A stretch of DNA of 64,000 nucleotides from the NCBI GenBank assembly GCA_041304525.1, contig JBFYNF010000045.1, positions 7,479-71,478 of the forward strand. The letters run 5' to 3'. Shown piece by piece: positions 9,567 through 18,217 of this stretch. Both the position numbers and the translations under genes were made by a program. Every line of letters begins with the position of its first letter. Positions within the stretch are counted from its first letter, which is position 1. Below the pieces are notes generated by a model that did not search any database, was not told the origin of the DNA, and was given only the letters and a program-made list of their open reading frames with translations. The DNA is from Thermoplasmata archaeon. Lineage in GTDB: Archaea; Thermoplasmatota; Thermoplasmata; UBA10834.

Positions 9567-9674
9567 GTCGGGGTGGCTCAGCCTGGTAGAGCGTCGGACT
9601 CATAGGGAGTTCTTCTGACCAGATGCTCCTAGGACATCCGAAGGCCGCGGGTTCGATTCCCGTCCCCGACACCA
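9567..9674 (+). tRNA. tRNA-Met/Ile2 (anticodon CAU) with 31-nt intron at 37/38, CCA encoded
   Basis: Hand-folded. Acceptor GTCGGGG/CCCCGAC, D stem GCTC/GAGC, anticodon stem TCGGA/TCCGA, T arm GCGGG-TTCGATT-CCCGT. The loop is CTCATA[31-nt intron]A. G1-C72 and the anticodon stem argue against an initiator. Confidence 0.85.
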
Positions 9675-9713
9675 TTATCAGAGGAGAGGGCGTTCCCTCG
9701 CCCTCGGGACGAC

Positions 9714-10940
9714 ATGAGGGTAATCATCTACACGGGCAAGGGCGGGGTCGGGAAGACATCCGTCGCCGCCGCTACAGCGCTCAGGTCCGCCGCGCTCGGC
9801 CACAGGACGGTCGTGATAAGCACCGATGCGGCCCACAGCCTATCGGATTCTCTCGAGGTGCCTCTCTCAGGAACGCTGCAACGCATAGGCGAGAACCTCG
9901 ACGGCCTCGAGATCGACATACAGCTCGAGCTCGAGACCCGGTGGAAGGAGATACAGATCTACTTCTCCGACTTCCTGGCGTCCCAGGGCATGGACGGGGT
10001 CTCGGCGAAGGAGATGGCCGTGTTCCCGGGCATGGAGCTGATGTCCGCGCTCTTCTATGTCGAGGAGTTCCACAAGTCGAAGAGGTATGACGTGGTCGTC
10101 ATGGACACTGCCCCGACGGCCGATACTCTCAGGCTCCTGGCGTTCCCCGACATAGCGAACTGGTACTTCGACCACCTGTTCCACATGGTCAGGAACGTTC
10201 TCAAGATCGCGAGGGTCACGGTGGGCAGGATCGTCTCGACGCCACTGCCCTCCGACAAGTTCCTCGAAGACCTTGAGGAGCTGAGGGAGAGGCTCAGGTA
10301 CGTCCGGGACCTCCTGACGGACCCCGAGGTCACCTCCGTGAGGCTCGTCGTGAACCCCGAGAAGATGGTCATATCCGAGACTCAGCGGGCATATACATAC
10401 CTGTGCATGTACGGGTACACAGTCGAGAGCATCGTCATCAACAGGATCATGTCCGAGGACGTCACCGACCCGTTCTTCGCCGACAAGCTCGAGGAGCAGA
10501 GGGGGCACCTCAGGAGCATCGACGAGATGTTCTCGCCCCTGAAGGCCTTCAGGGCCGAGCTGATGCCGAGGGAGGTCCTGGGCAAGGCAGCCCTGGAGAG
10601 GCTGGCGGAAGAGCTGTTCGGCAAGGACGACCCCACGAAGGCGTACTCCCTTGAGTCGCCCATGAGAATCGAGTCCGGAGAGGGGGAGAACACGCTGGCC
10701 GTGAAGCTCCCGTTCGTGATGGACCAGAAACTAGAGCTATATACGCGCAAGGATGTTCTCGTACTGCAGCTGGGGGCGTTCAAGAAGTCCATCATCCTGC
10801 CATACGCGCTCGCGGGCAAGGAGCTCCTGGGGGCGGACATGGACGGGACCTGGCTGACCATCAGGTTCGAAGGTGAGGAAGTTGGGAGGAAGAAGGGAAA
10901 GAGGGACAGAGGCCGCAAAGCGGCTCGAAAGGCACCTTGA
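9714..10940 (+). CDS. arsA: ArsA/Get3-family ATPase (single-domain, HSP20-like C-terminus)
   Basis: P-loop YTGKGGVGKTS and the ArsA-type signature DTAPTADTLRLL. The C-terminal beta-rich domain matches ArsA-HSP20-like proteins. Confidence 0.85.
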   Translation: MRVIIYTGKGGVGKTSVAAATALRSAALGHRTVVISTDAAHSLSDSLEVPLSGTLQRIGENLDGLEIDIQLELETRWKEIQIYFSDFLASQGMDGVSAKEMAVFPGMELMSALFYVEEFHKSKRYDVVVMDTAPTADTLRLLAFPDIANWYFDHLFHMVRNVLKIARVTVGRIVSTPLPSDKFLEDLEELRERLRYVRDLLTDPEVTSVRLVVNPEKMVISETQRAYTYLCMYGYTVESIVINRIMSEDVTDPFFADKLEEQRGHLRSIDEMFSPLKAFRAELMPREVLGKAALERLAEELFGKDDPTKAYSLESPMRIESGEGENTLAVKLPFVMDQKLELYTRKDVLVLQLGAFKKSIILPYALAGKELLGADMDGTWLTIRFEGEEVGRKKGKRDRGRKAARKAP

Positions 10941-11202
10941 GGAGATCGTCTCCGAGGTCACGACCAAGGAGACCATGACACACTTCGTGAACGCGGGCAT
11001 GGATGTGGTCCAGGCGGCCAACTCCGCGCTGAAGCACATCGATGTGCCCGAGGAGACCAAGCTCAGGATCCACAGGGCCGAGAAGGAGGTCCTCCTGGCG
11101 GCAAAGAGCTTCATCGACGCGGTCCTCACGGAGCTCGACAAGGAGATGCCCGAGCGCAAGGCCGCGCTCAAGAAGGTCGAGATCAAGCGGAAATCGAAGT
11201 AG
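10873..11202 (+). CDS. hypothetical small helical protein (start uncertain)
   Basis: The GTG start at 10873 overlaps arsA by 68 nt; an alternative ATG is at 10975. Charged helical sequence with no motif. Confidence 0.35.
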   Translation: MRKLGGRRERGTEAAKRLERHLEEIVSEVTTKETMTHFVNAGMDVVQAANSALKHIDVPEETKLRIHRAEKEVLLAAKSFIDAVLTELDKEMPERKAALKKVEIKRKSK

Positions 11203-11277
11203 CGCTCCGATATCATCGGGGTCGGGACGCACAACTTTTTTACACGTACCCCGTTACCGAGCACCGTCAAACCAGGG

Positions 11278-11739
11278 GTGTCTTACCGTATGGTAAAGAT
11301 GTTGGTTCCGTACCCGGACAAGTGCACGGGGTGCAGGTTCTGCGAGATGGCCTGCTCACTGTATCATGAAGGCAAGGTCAACCACGGCAGCGCGCGGCTG
11401 CAGGTCCACAGGAGGGATGTCAGGACCGACTTCCCAGCTGTGTGCACGCACTGCGTGTCGTGCGGGGAGGAATGTTGCGTCCTCCACTGCCCGGTCGAGG
11501 CGATCAAGAACGAGGACGGCATCGTCCGTGTCGAGGAGAGCGAGTGCACCGCGTGTGGCACCTGCGTCGAAGTGTGCCCGTTCGGAGTGATGCGCATGGA
11601 GGATGTGGCGTTCAAGTGCGACCTCTGCGGAGGGGACCCCACATGCGTCAAGTTCTGCCCGATGGGCGCCATCAAGTACGAGGAGCCGAAGCCCGAGCAG
11701 TACGAACTCGTCCGGAACCTGCTCAAGGAGGAGGAGTGA
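11278..11739 (+). CDS. 4Fe-4S dicluster ferredoxin-domain protein (AOR partner)
   Basis: Cys clusters CTGCRFCEMAC, CTHCVSCGEECCVLHCP, CTACGTCVEVCP and CDLCGGDPTCVKFCP. GTG at 11278 or ATG at 11290. Sits immediately upstream of aor. Confidence 0.8.
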   Translation: MSYRMVKMLVPYPDKCTGCRFCEMACSLYHEGKVNHGSARLQVHRRDVRTDFPAVCTHCVSCGEECCVLHCPVEAIKNEDGIVRVEESECTACGTCVEVCPFGVMRMEDVAFKCDLCGGDPTCVKFCPMGAIKYEEPKPEQYELVRNLLKEEE

Positions 11740-11740
11740 C

Positions 11741-13570
11741 ATGAAGGGATATGCAGGCAGGATCTTGAAGGTCGATCTCTCCACTGGGAAGAGCTCCATC
11801 AAGACCATCGACGAGAAGTACGCCAGGAAGTACCTGGGAGGCCAGGGCTTCGCGGTAGAAATTGTCTATCACAACGTGCCCGAGGGCGCGGACGCGCTCT
11901 CGCCCGAGAACGTGCTCGCGATGGCGCCCGGACTGTTCGCAGGCTACCCCGTCCCCACGGGCGGGAAGACCGCGTTCGCGGGCAAGTCGCCGGCGACCAA
12001 CACGCTCGCGGAGAGCATCATGGGAGGCTCCATAGGGGCCGAGCTGAGACACGCGGGGTATGACGCGCTCGAGGTCCACGGGAAGGCTGAGAAGCCCGTG
12101 TACCTGTTCATAAACGACGACGAGGTCGAGGTCAACGAGGCCGACGACCTATGGGGCAAGGACACGAGGGTCACGCCGGAGACGCTCAAGAAACGCCACG
12201 GCTGGGATGTCAAGGTCGCGTGCATAGGCGTCGCTGGCGAGAAGCTGGTCAGGATGGCGTGCATCGACTGCGACGACAGGCAGTCCGGCAGGGCCGGGCT
12301 CGGGGCCGTCATGGGCTCCAAGAACCTCAAGGCGGTCGTCGTCAGGGGCACAAAGGACCTGGAGCCGGCAGACCCAGGCGCGCTCCTCGAGATAGCCCTC
12401 AGATATCAGAAGATCATGGAGGCCGCGCCCTCGTTCATAGAGGACACGAAGTACGGCACCGGCGAGTTCCTGGGCTGGATCAACAAGGAGAAGGGAGTGT
12501 TCCCGACAAGGAACTGGCAAGAGAGCGTCTTCAAGGAGAGGGAACAGATCGACCCATACTATTGGGCGACCAGGTACGTGACGAAGAACAAGGCGTGCTT
12601 CGCCTGCACCAAGCCCTGCGGCAAGCTGTTCGAGGTGAAGGACGGCAAGTTCGCGGGGGTGGTCATCGACGGGCTCGAGTACGAGACCCTGTACTCTCTG
12701 GGCAGCAGCTGCGGCAACGCGAGCATCGAATCCGTCGCCAGGGCGAACGAGGTCTGTGACCTCGTGGGCATAGACACCATATCCGCTGGTGTCACCATCG
12801 GCTTCGCGATGGAGCTCATCCAGAGGGGCATCCTGACGGAGCAGGAGGTCGGCATGAAGCTCACGTGGGACAACGCCGCGGACGCGGTGCCCAAGATGTG
12901 CGAGATGATGGGTAACCGCGAAGGCTTCGGCGACGTCCTCTCGGAAGGCGTGAAGAGAGCCTCGGAGAAGATAGGCAGAGGCTCCGCGAGGTACGCGATA
13001 CACACGAAGGGCATGGAGCCTCCAGCGTACGATGTCAGGGGCATGAAGGGCCACGGGCTGTCGTTCATGACGTCTACCAGGGGTGCGTGCCACCTGAGGG
13101 CAGGGTTCTACGCCCCCGAGCTCGTGGGCAAGTTCTGGCGCTGGGAGGGCATCGACAGGTTCTCGACCGAGGGCAAGGGCGAGAAGGTCGCCACCATGGA
13201 GAACTTCATGTGCGTGTACGACTCGATCGGCCTGTGCAAGTTCTCGAGGGGCTTCTTCCTCATAGACAAGCTGAGGGAGGTCATCAAGGCCATCACAGGG
13301 CTGGAGTTCACCGAGGACGAGCTGCTCAGGACCGGCGAGAGGATACACACCATGAAGGGCAACTTCAACGTGCTCCAGGGCATCACCAGGAAGGACTGGC
13401 TCCTCCCACCCAGGATACTCGAGGACCCGATCCCGGACGGACCATCCAAGGGTTCCAAGATCAGCGTCGAGGAGATGAACAGGATGCTCGACGACTACAT
13501 GACCTTCAGGAAGTGGACGGCAGACGGGGTCCCCACCCCTGAGAAGCTGAAGGAGCTGGAGATAGCCTAG
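11741..13570 (+). CDS. aor: aldehyde:ferredoxin oxidoreductase (tungstopterin AOR family)
   Basis: Start MKGYAGRILKVDLSTGK is the typical AOR N-terminus. Length of 609 aa and family-like sequence throughout. The track ORF start at 11603 overlaps the ferredoxin gene and is discounted. Confidence 0.9.
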   Translation: MKGYAGRILKVDLSTGKSSIKTIDEKYARKYLGGQGFAVEIVYHNVPEGADALSPENVLAMAPGLFAGYPVPTGGKTAFAGKSPATNTLAESIMGGSIGAELRHAGYDALEVHGKAEKPVYLFINDDEVEVNEADDLWGKDTRVTPETLKKRHGWDVKVACIGVAGEKLVRMACIDCDDRQSGRAGLGAVMGSKNLKAVVVRGTKDLEPADPGALLEIALRYQKIMEAAPSFIEDTKYGTGEFLGWINKEKGVFPTRNWQESVFKEREQIDPYYWATRYVTKNKACFACTKPCGKLFEVKDGKFAGVVIDGLEYETLYSLGSSCGNASIESVARANEVCDLVGIDTISAGVTIGFAMELIQRGILTEQEVGMKLTWDNAADAVPKMCEMMGNREGFGDVLSEGVKRASEKIGRGSARYAIHTKGMEPPAYDVRGMKGHGLSFMTSTRGACHLRAGFYAPELVGKFWRWEGIDRFSTEGKGEKVATMENFMCVYDSIGLCKFSRGFFLIDKLREVIKAITGLEFTEDELLRTGERIHTMKGNFNVLQGITRKDWLLPPRILEDPIPDGPSKGSKISVEEMNRMLDDYMTFRKWTADGVPTPEKLKELEIA

Positions 13571-13641
13571 GCACCCGCTGAGAAACCCCTTCCAGAAACC
13601 CATTACAATCATTCTGTCCGCTGTGCGACCAGGCCCGCGCT

Positions 13642-14037
13642 CTAGATCATCCTGATCGTGTCGGCGAGCTTCAGAAGCTCCCCCTTCGCGGCCGATGGAT
13701 CCACCCTGCTCGGGAGGACCGTGACGATCAGAGCCTTGCGGCCGGCGCCCACGACGAGCATCTTGGCGTCCTCACTCTCGACCAGGACACTCTGGGGCGT
13801 GCCGACTCTCAGCTCCGAGTTTGCGGTTGAGGCGGCGCCTATGAGCGTCGCGCACATGATCGCGAAGGTGTCCATTGACACGCCTTCCGGCAGGTCAGCA
13901 GCTATGACGAGGCCGTCCCTGCTTATGATGGCCGATGCGATGGACCCGCAGTTCTGTCTGAGGGCCCTCAAGGCCGGTTTGAGTTCCAATTCAATTCCCT
14001 CCGAGAGGTTCGACCCTGAACACGCAGTGCTTGTCAC
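13642..14037 (-). CDS. Roadblock/LC7 (MglB-like) domain protein
   Basis: SIASAIISRDGLVIAADLP...LVVGAGRKALIVTVL matches the Roadblock/LC7 pattern. An alternative TTG start at 13989 would abut the V4R stop. Confidence 0.75.
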   Translation of the reverse strand: MTSTACSGSNLSEGIELELKPALRALRQNCGSIASAIISRDGLVIAADLPEGVSMDTFAIMCATLIGAASTANSELRVGTPQSVLVESEDAKMLVVGAGRKALIVTVLPSRVDPSAAKGELLKLADTIRMI

Positions 14038-14401
14038 CCTTGCTGATGCACTCTATCTCCTCGCAGTGGAGACGCCTGTGGCCCTTGGCCTCGTAGACCC
14101 TCTTGACGATACCCCTGAGCCTGTGGCAGGTCGGGACATCCGACTGAGTGGCCTCGATCGAGCCCTCCGCGACGGCGGTGGCCTCCTCGAAGACGATGTT
14201 GTCGACCCATCCCCTCGCCCTCAGCAGGTTGGCGCATATCTCGAAGTACTTCTCGGGCTCCTGCAGAGCGATCTTGGAGATCTCGTCCCCGAGTATCATG
14301 CCCTCCCGGAAGAAGAGGCCGTAGCACGCCTGAGACATCACGCCCTCGTAGAGCTTGCGTATCTCCTCGTACTCGGACTGGGAGAGCTTAACGAACTTCA
14401 T
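13991..14401 (-). CDS. V4R-domain protein
   Basis: Start taken at MKFVKLSQ (14401). The C-terminal pattern CHRLRGI...HCEEIECISKGDKHCVF is typical of V4R (4-vinyl reductase-like) small-molecule-binding domains. Confidence 0.6.
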   Translation of the reverse strand: MKFVKLSQSEYEEIRKLYEGVMSQACYGLFFREGMILGDEISKIALQEPEKYFEICANLLRARGWVDNIVFEEATAVAEGSIEATQSDVPTCHRLRGIVKRVYEAKGHRRLHCEEIECISKGDKHCVFRVEPLGGN

Positions 14402-14508
14402 CGTAACCGCTCGTGGATTCGTATGGATGATATTTAAGGTTTGGCGCATGGCCGTCGAGCCAGGCAACCCATGCACTTCCTCCGACGAAATCGTGTTGAA
14501 AAGTCTTT

Positions 14509-15162
14509 ATGTCTGATACTCGATTGCGCAGGAAGATTGCGATGTTCTCTGACGAAGACGGCCGACTGGCGGTCAATGCCGCAAGGGCCGTCGTAGAGTG
14601 CCACGTGAAGAAGGAGAAGGCCCCGAAGCTCGGCCTCCCGAGCGGTTTCAAGAACAAGTCAGGGGTGTTCGTGACCCTCACGACCCATCCTGGAGGGGAC
14701 CTGAGGGGATGCATAGGGTATCCAGAGCCACTCCTCGCGCTTGAAGAGGCGCTCAGGGACTCGGCCATCAGCGCATGCTCGCGGGACCCGCGGTTCCCGC
14801 CCGTGAAACCCTCGGAACTGGACGGGATCAAGGTCGAGGTTAGCCTGCTGACGCCACCGGAGGAGATCATCGTCAAGAAGCGCACGGAGTACCCGAAACA
14901 CATCAAGGTCGGGGACGACGGCCTCATAGTGCAAAGGGGTTGGAACCGCGGCCTGCTTCTGCCGCAGGTGCCCGTGGAATGGGGATGGGACCCTGAGGAG
15001 TTCCTCTCGCAGACCTGCCTGAAGGCAGGGCTCACGCCAGACACATGGCTCCAGGAAGGCACGAAGGTTTTCAAGTTCCAGGCGGAGGTCTTCTCGGAGG
15101 AGGAGCCCCGCGGAGAGGTCAAGCGAAGGAGTCTGGATGAGGAGCATGGAGCTTGTCATTGA
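14509..15162 (+). CDS. AMMECR1-domain protein
   Basis: GVFVTL...LRGCIGYPEP motif and overall length are typical of AMMECR1. Confidence 0.85.
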   Translation: MSDTRLRRKIAMFSDEDGRLAVNAARAVVECHVKKEKAPKLGLPSGFKNKSGVFVTLTTHPGGDLRGCIGYPEPLLALEEALRDSAISACSRDPRFPPVKPSELDGIKVEVSLLTPPEEIIVKKRTEYPKHIKVGDDGLIVQRGWNRGLLLPQVPVEWGWDPEEFLSQTCLKAGLTPDTWLQEGTKVFKFQAEVFSEEEPRGEVKRRSLDEEHGACH

Positions 15163-16411
15163 GGGCGAGTGTTACATATCCGGCCGCTTCGAGAGGGCGT
15201 GCATCGGGATAGACGGTGGCAGAATATCCGCCATCGCGAGGAACCTCGAGGGTGACCGACGGATTGACTTCGGCAGCAGGAAGATATTGCCCGCAGCCAT
15301 CGATTCGCACGTGCACTTCAGAGAACCTGGCATGACCCACAAGGAGGACTTCGGCTCCGGCTCATTGGCAGCGCTCCACGGAGGAGTGAGCTGCGTCCTG
15401 GACATGCCCAACACAATCCCTCCGACGACCACCTCGTCCGCGCTCACTGAGAAGGCCGAGATCGCGGCGTCGAAGTCCTTGGTCGATTACGGGTTCTTCG
15501 CAGCTGTGAGGCCAGGGGTCGACATAGCCGGGCTTGCCCCGAGGGTCGCGGGCTTCAAACTGTACATGGCAGGGACCACCGGGGACCTCCTGGTGCCGTC
15601 TCTCGCTTCAGTCGAACGTGAAATAGCCGAGGTGGCCAGGTCAGGGAAGGTCCTCGCGGTGCACGCGGAGGACGAGAGCCTGAGGCACAAGAACCTGGCG
15701 AAGAACCTGAGCGACCACCTGAGGAACAGGGGCAACGACTGCGAGGTCAGCGCGATCCGGAAGGTCGCGAAGAGTGGCGAAGGGTGCAGGCTGCACATAT
15801 GCCATGTCTCGTCGAAAGACTCGTTGTCGCTTGCCCTGGGTCAGCCCAACATGACCGCCGAGGTGACCCCGCACCATGTCCTGCTCGACAGGGACCGGCC
15901 GCTCGGTACGTACGGGAAGGTCAACCCCCCCCTTCGCACAAGGGCGGACAGACAGGCGTTGTTCCTGGCGTTCAAGCAGGGCAGGTTCGACACCATGGCC
16001 TCGGACCATGCGCCCCACACGATCGACGAGAAGAAGGAGGATTTCGATTTCGCGCCTAGCGGCATGCCAGGCGTGGAGACCATGTTCCCAATCATGCTGC
16101 AACATGTCCGAGACCGACATCTCGCGTTGGCGACGGTCGTCAAGGCACTCTGCGAGAGACCAGGTGAGATATTCGGCATCAATAAGGGCAGGATAGACAT
16201 CGGGTACGATGCGGACCTCGTCGTCGTCGATTTCATGGATGGGCGCGATGTCAGGGCCGACGACCTGTACTCCAAATGCGGCTGGACAGCGTTCGAAGGT
16301 ATTCCAGCCGTGTTCCCCAGGGCCGTCATGGTCCGAGGGGAGCTGGTCATGAAGGACGAGGAGCAGGCCGGTGAGTTCCGGGGCAGGGACGTTGTGACCC
16401 ATGGACGATGA
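15137..16411 (+). CDS. pyrC: dihydroorotase-like cyclic amidohydrolase
   Basis: Metal-binding DSHVHFREPG, plus later HAED and DHAPH motifs. About 420 aa, typical of archaeal PyrC/allantoinase-type amidohydrolases. Confidence 0.75.
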   Translation: MRSMELVIEGECYISGRFERACIGIDGGRISAIARNLEGDRRIDFGSRKILPAAIDSHVHFREPGMTHKEDFGSGSLAALHGGVSCVLDMPNTIPPTTTSSALTEKAEIAASKSLVDYGFFAAVRPGVDIAGLAPRVAGFKLYMAGTTGDLLVPSLASVEREIAEVARSGKVLAVHAEDESLRHKNLAKNLSDHLRNRGNDCEVSAIRKVAKSGEGCRLHICHVSSKDSLSLALGQPNMTAEVTPHHVLLDRDRPLGTYGKVNPPLRTRADRQALFLAFKQGRFDTMASDHAPHTIDEKKEDFDFAPSGMPGVETMFPIMLQHVRDRHLALATVVKALCERPGEIFGINKGRIDIGYDADLVVVDFMDGRDVRADDLYSKCGWTAFEGIPAVFPRAVMVRGELVMKDEEQAGEFRGRDVVTHGR

Positions 16412-17552
16412 CATGATCGAAACCGACCTCTCGGATCTCGGGGGGCTCACATACACATGCATAGACGGTTGCGCGCTCTGCTGTCTTTGCCAACCAGAGC
16501 TGCTCCCGGACGAGGAGAAGTTGTTCAGAAGCGACCCGACACTCTCCCAGGGTCTCGCCGACAAGCACATCTCGCCAGATGTGACGGGCGCTGCCATCAA
16601 GCTTCAGGGAGCTCACGGCGCATGCCACTTCCTCAGACAACGAAGGTGCGCGATATACACCAGACGTCCGCACTACTGTAGGGCGTTCCCAATCAGCGTG
16701 TATGCAGGCTGGCGCATCCAGATGAACGCGAACCAGTCCTGCAGGGGCATCGGACTAGCGGGGGAGGATATGATGGAGGCCGGCAAGGCCTTGCTCGCAC
16801 GATATGGCGAGAGCGAACTCATGGACGAACTCCGAGGTTCCAGGGAGGTGTTTGCCGAGTTCTCGGACAACACGAGGGACGCCAAGGTCGCACAGTCCGT
16901 CCCCTCCCTGAGAGATGCGGCAGGCGCGCTCATGGACGACCTCACGGAAGAGTTGGGCCTGAGCAGGATATTGACCTATGCGGAATCTGGGAGCACCCGG
17001 CAAAACTCCTCCGCGCAGGATATCGCCAGGAGGGCCAGGAGCTCAGAGCCAGAAGTTGACGTGCAGGACCTCGGAGTCTCGATTGGGACGGAGTTGTTCG
17101 ACCTACCTGACCTGAGCTACCTACCAGTCTACGTGGCCGAAGACCTGACATGGAAGATATTCAAGCTCGTCGGGGACGACGTCGTCGGATTCGTCCTCCA
17201 CGAGGACGGCAGGACCGAGGAGTTCTCCAGGACCGCACCCTCAGACGTTACGTTGATGTCACTGACGGCCGGAGGGAGGAAGGTTTTCGAGGAGTACTTG
17301 AGGACAGTCAACCAGAGGGATTGCTTCATCGGACACGCCGCGCACCTGCTGGACCTCGAGGACTACTCATTCAGCTATGCACAGGCGTATCTGGGAGCCA
17401 TCGGGAACGCCGCGGTGGATCTATGGTGGCGCTCGTCGTTCCTCGCCCGTCAGCGTGGAGAGGTGACGCTGGACCAGCATGGAGTCAGGGAGGGCATCAT
17501 CTTCTTCGACATGGACCTGCTGGACCAGCCGACGATCGGCGCCTTCCTATGA
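16401..17552 (+). CDS. YkgJ-type Cys-cluster (CxxCxxCC) domain protein with long C-terminal extension
   Basis: N-terminal CIDGCALCCLC...C..F....C.IY..RP..CR.FP is like the YkgJ/UPF0153 zinc/iron-chelating domain. The ~290 aa downstream have no recognised motif. The start overlaps the pyrC stop. Confidence 0.5.
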   Translation: MDDDMIETDLSDLGGLTYTCIDGCALCCLCQPELLPDEEKLFRSDPTLSQGLADKHISPDVTGAAIKLQGAHGACHFLRQRRCAIYTRRPHYCRAFPISVYAGWRIQMNANQSCRGIGLAGEDMMEAGKALLARYGESELMDELRGSREVFAEFSDNTRDAKVAQSVPSLRDAAGALMDDLTEELGLSRILTYAESGSTRQNSSAQDIARRARSSEPEVDVQDLGVSIGTELFDLPDLSYLPVYVAEDLTWKIFKLVGDDVVGFVLHEDGRTEEFSRTAPSDVTLMSLTAGGRKVFEEYLRTVNQRDCFIGHAAHLLDLEDYSFSYAQAYLGAIGNAAVDLWWRSSFLARQRGEVTLDQHGVREGIIFFDMDLLDQPTIGAFL

Positions 17553-17661
17553 TGTACCCCGTTGACAGGCTCCGGTCTGACCAAACGAACTGATGGACAC
17601 ATTCGTACATTGCATGAGGGCAGGGTCGTGACACGTCGTTCGATTGGCGTTCTATTCGAGG

Positions 17662-18204
17662 ATGACCCAACGAAAGCGTTATCTATCCGATTTTCATGTT
17701 ACCTTTTCGAACGTTTTAGAGGGGGCACCTTCGTTGGACAAACCGGACCCGGTCACGCTGGACAAGAGCGACAGGATCATATTGAAAATGCTTCAGGATG
17801 ACTGTAACATAAGCCTGAAGAAGATCGGCGAGAAGACGGGACTATCCTCGTCCACAGTCCACTACAGGGTCAACAGACTGATCGAGGAAGGGGTCATCAC
17901 CGGGTTCAAGGCATGTGTCAACCCCCTGAAGGTGGGGAAGGAGATACTGGCCATCTCGCTGATCACTGGCAGGTACGGTCCCGACTACTCCAAGAAGATA
18001 GGCGAGAAGATATCGAAGATCCCCGGCGTTTGGGCGACGTACTTCCTCCTGGGGAACATCGACTTCGCCATCCTGCTCAGGGCGTCTTCCAGAGAGGAAC
18101 TCAAGGACATAGTGGACGCATTCATCAGGATCGACGAGGTTGAGCGCAGCAACACATACCTCATACTGGACAGGATCAAGGAAGATATCACAGTGCAGCT
18201 GTAG
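17662..18204 (+). CDS. Lrp/AsnC-family transcriptional regulator
   Basis: LDKSDRIILKMLQDDCNISLKKIGEKTGLSSSTVHYRVNRLIEEGVI HTH plus a C-terminal RAM-like domain. The start is uncertain (TTG 17644, ATG 17662 or TTG 17734). Confidence 0.8.
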   Translation: MTQRKRYLSDFHVTFSNVLEGAPSLDKPDPVTLDKSDRIILKMLQDDCNISLKKIGEKTGLSSSTVHYRVNRLIEEGVITGFKACVNPLKVGKEILAISLITGRYGPDYSKKIGEKISKIPGVWATYFLLGNIDFAILLRASSREELKDIVDAFIRIDEVERSNTYLILDRIKEDITVQL

Positions 18205-18217
18205 TCCAGCAGGCTGG

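Noticed and set aside
12149-13612. 487-aa ORF antisense to aor, and similar long antisense or out-of-frame ORFs such as 28..792(-), 3107..3937(-), 5675..6676(-), 15641..16600(-), 46135..47010(-), 57217..58083(-)
   Set aside because: These are typical shadow ORFs of GC-rich DNA. Their translations are Arg/Pro/Gly/His-rich and low-complexity with no motifs. The opposite or alternative frame encodes clearly recognisable proteins.
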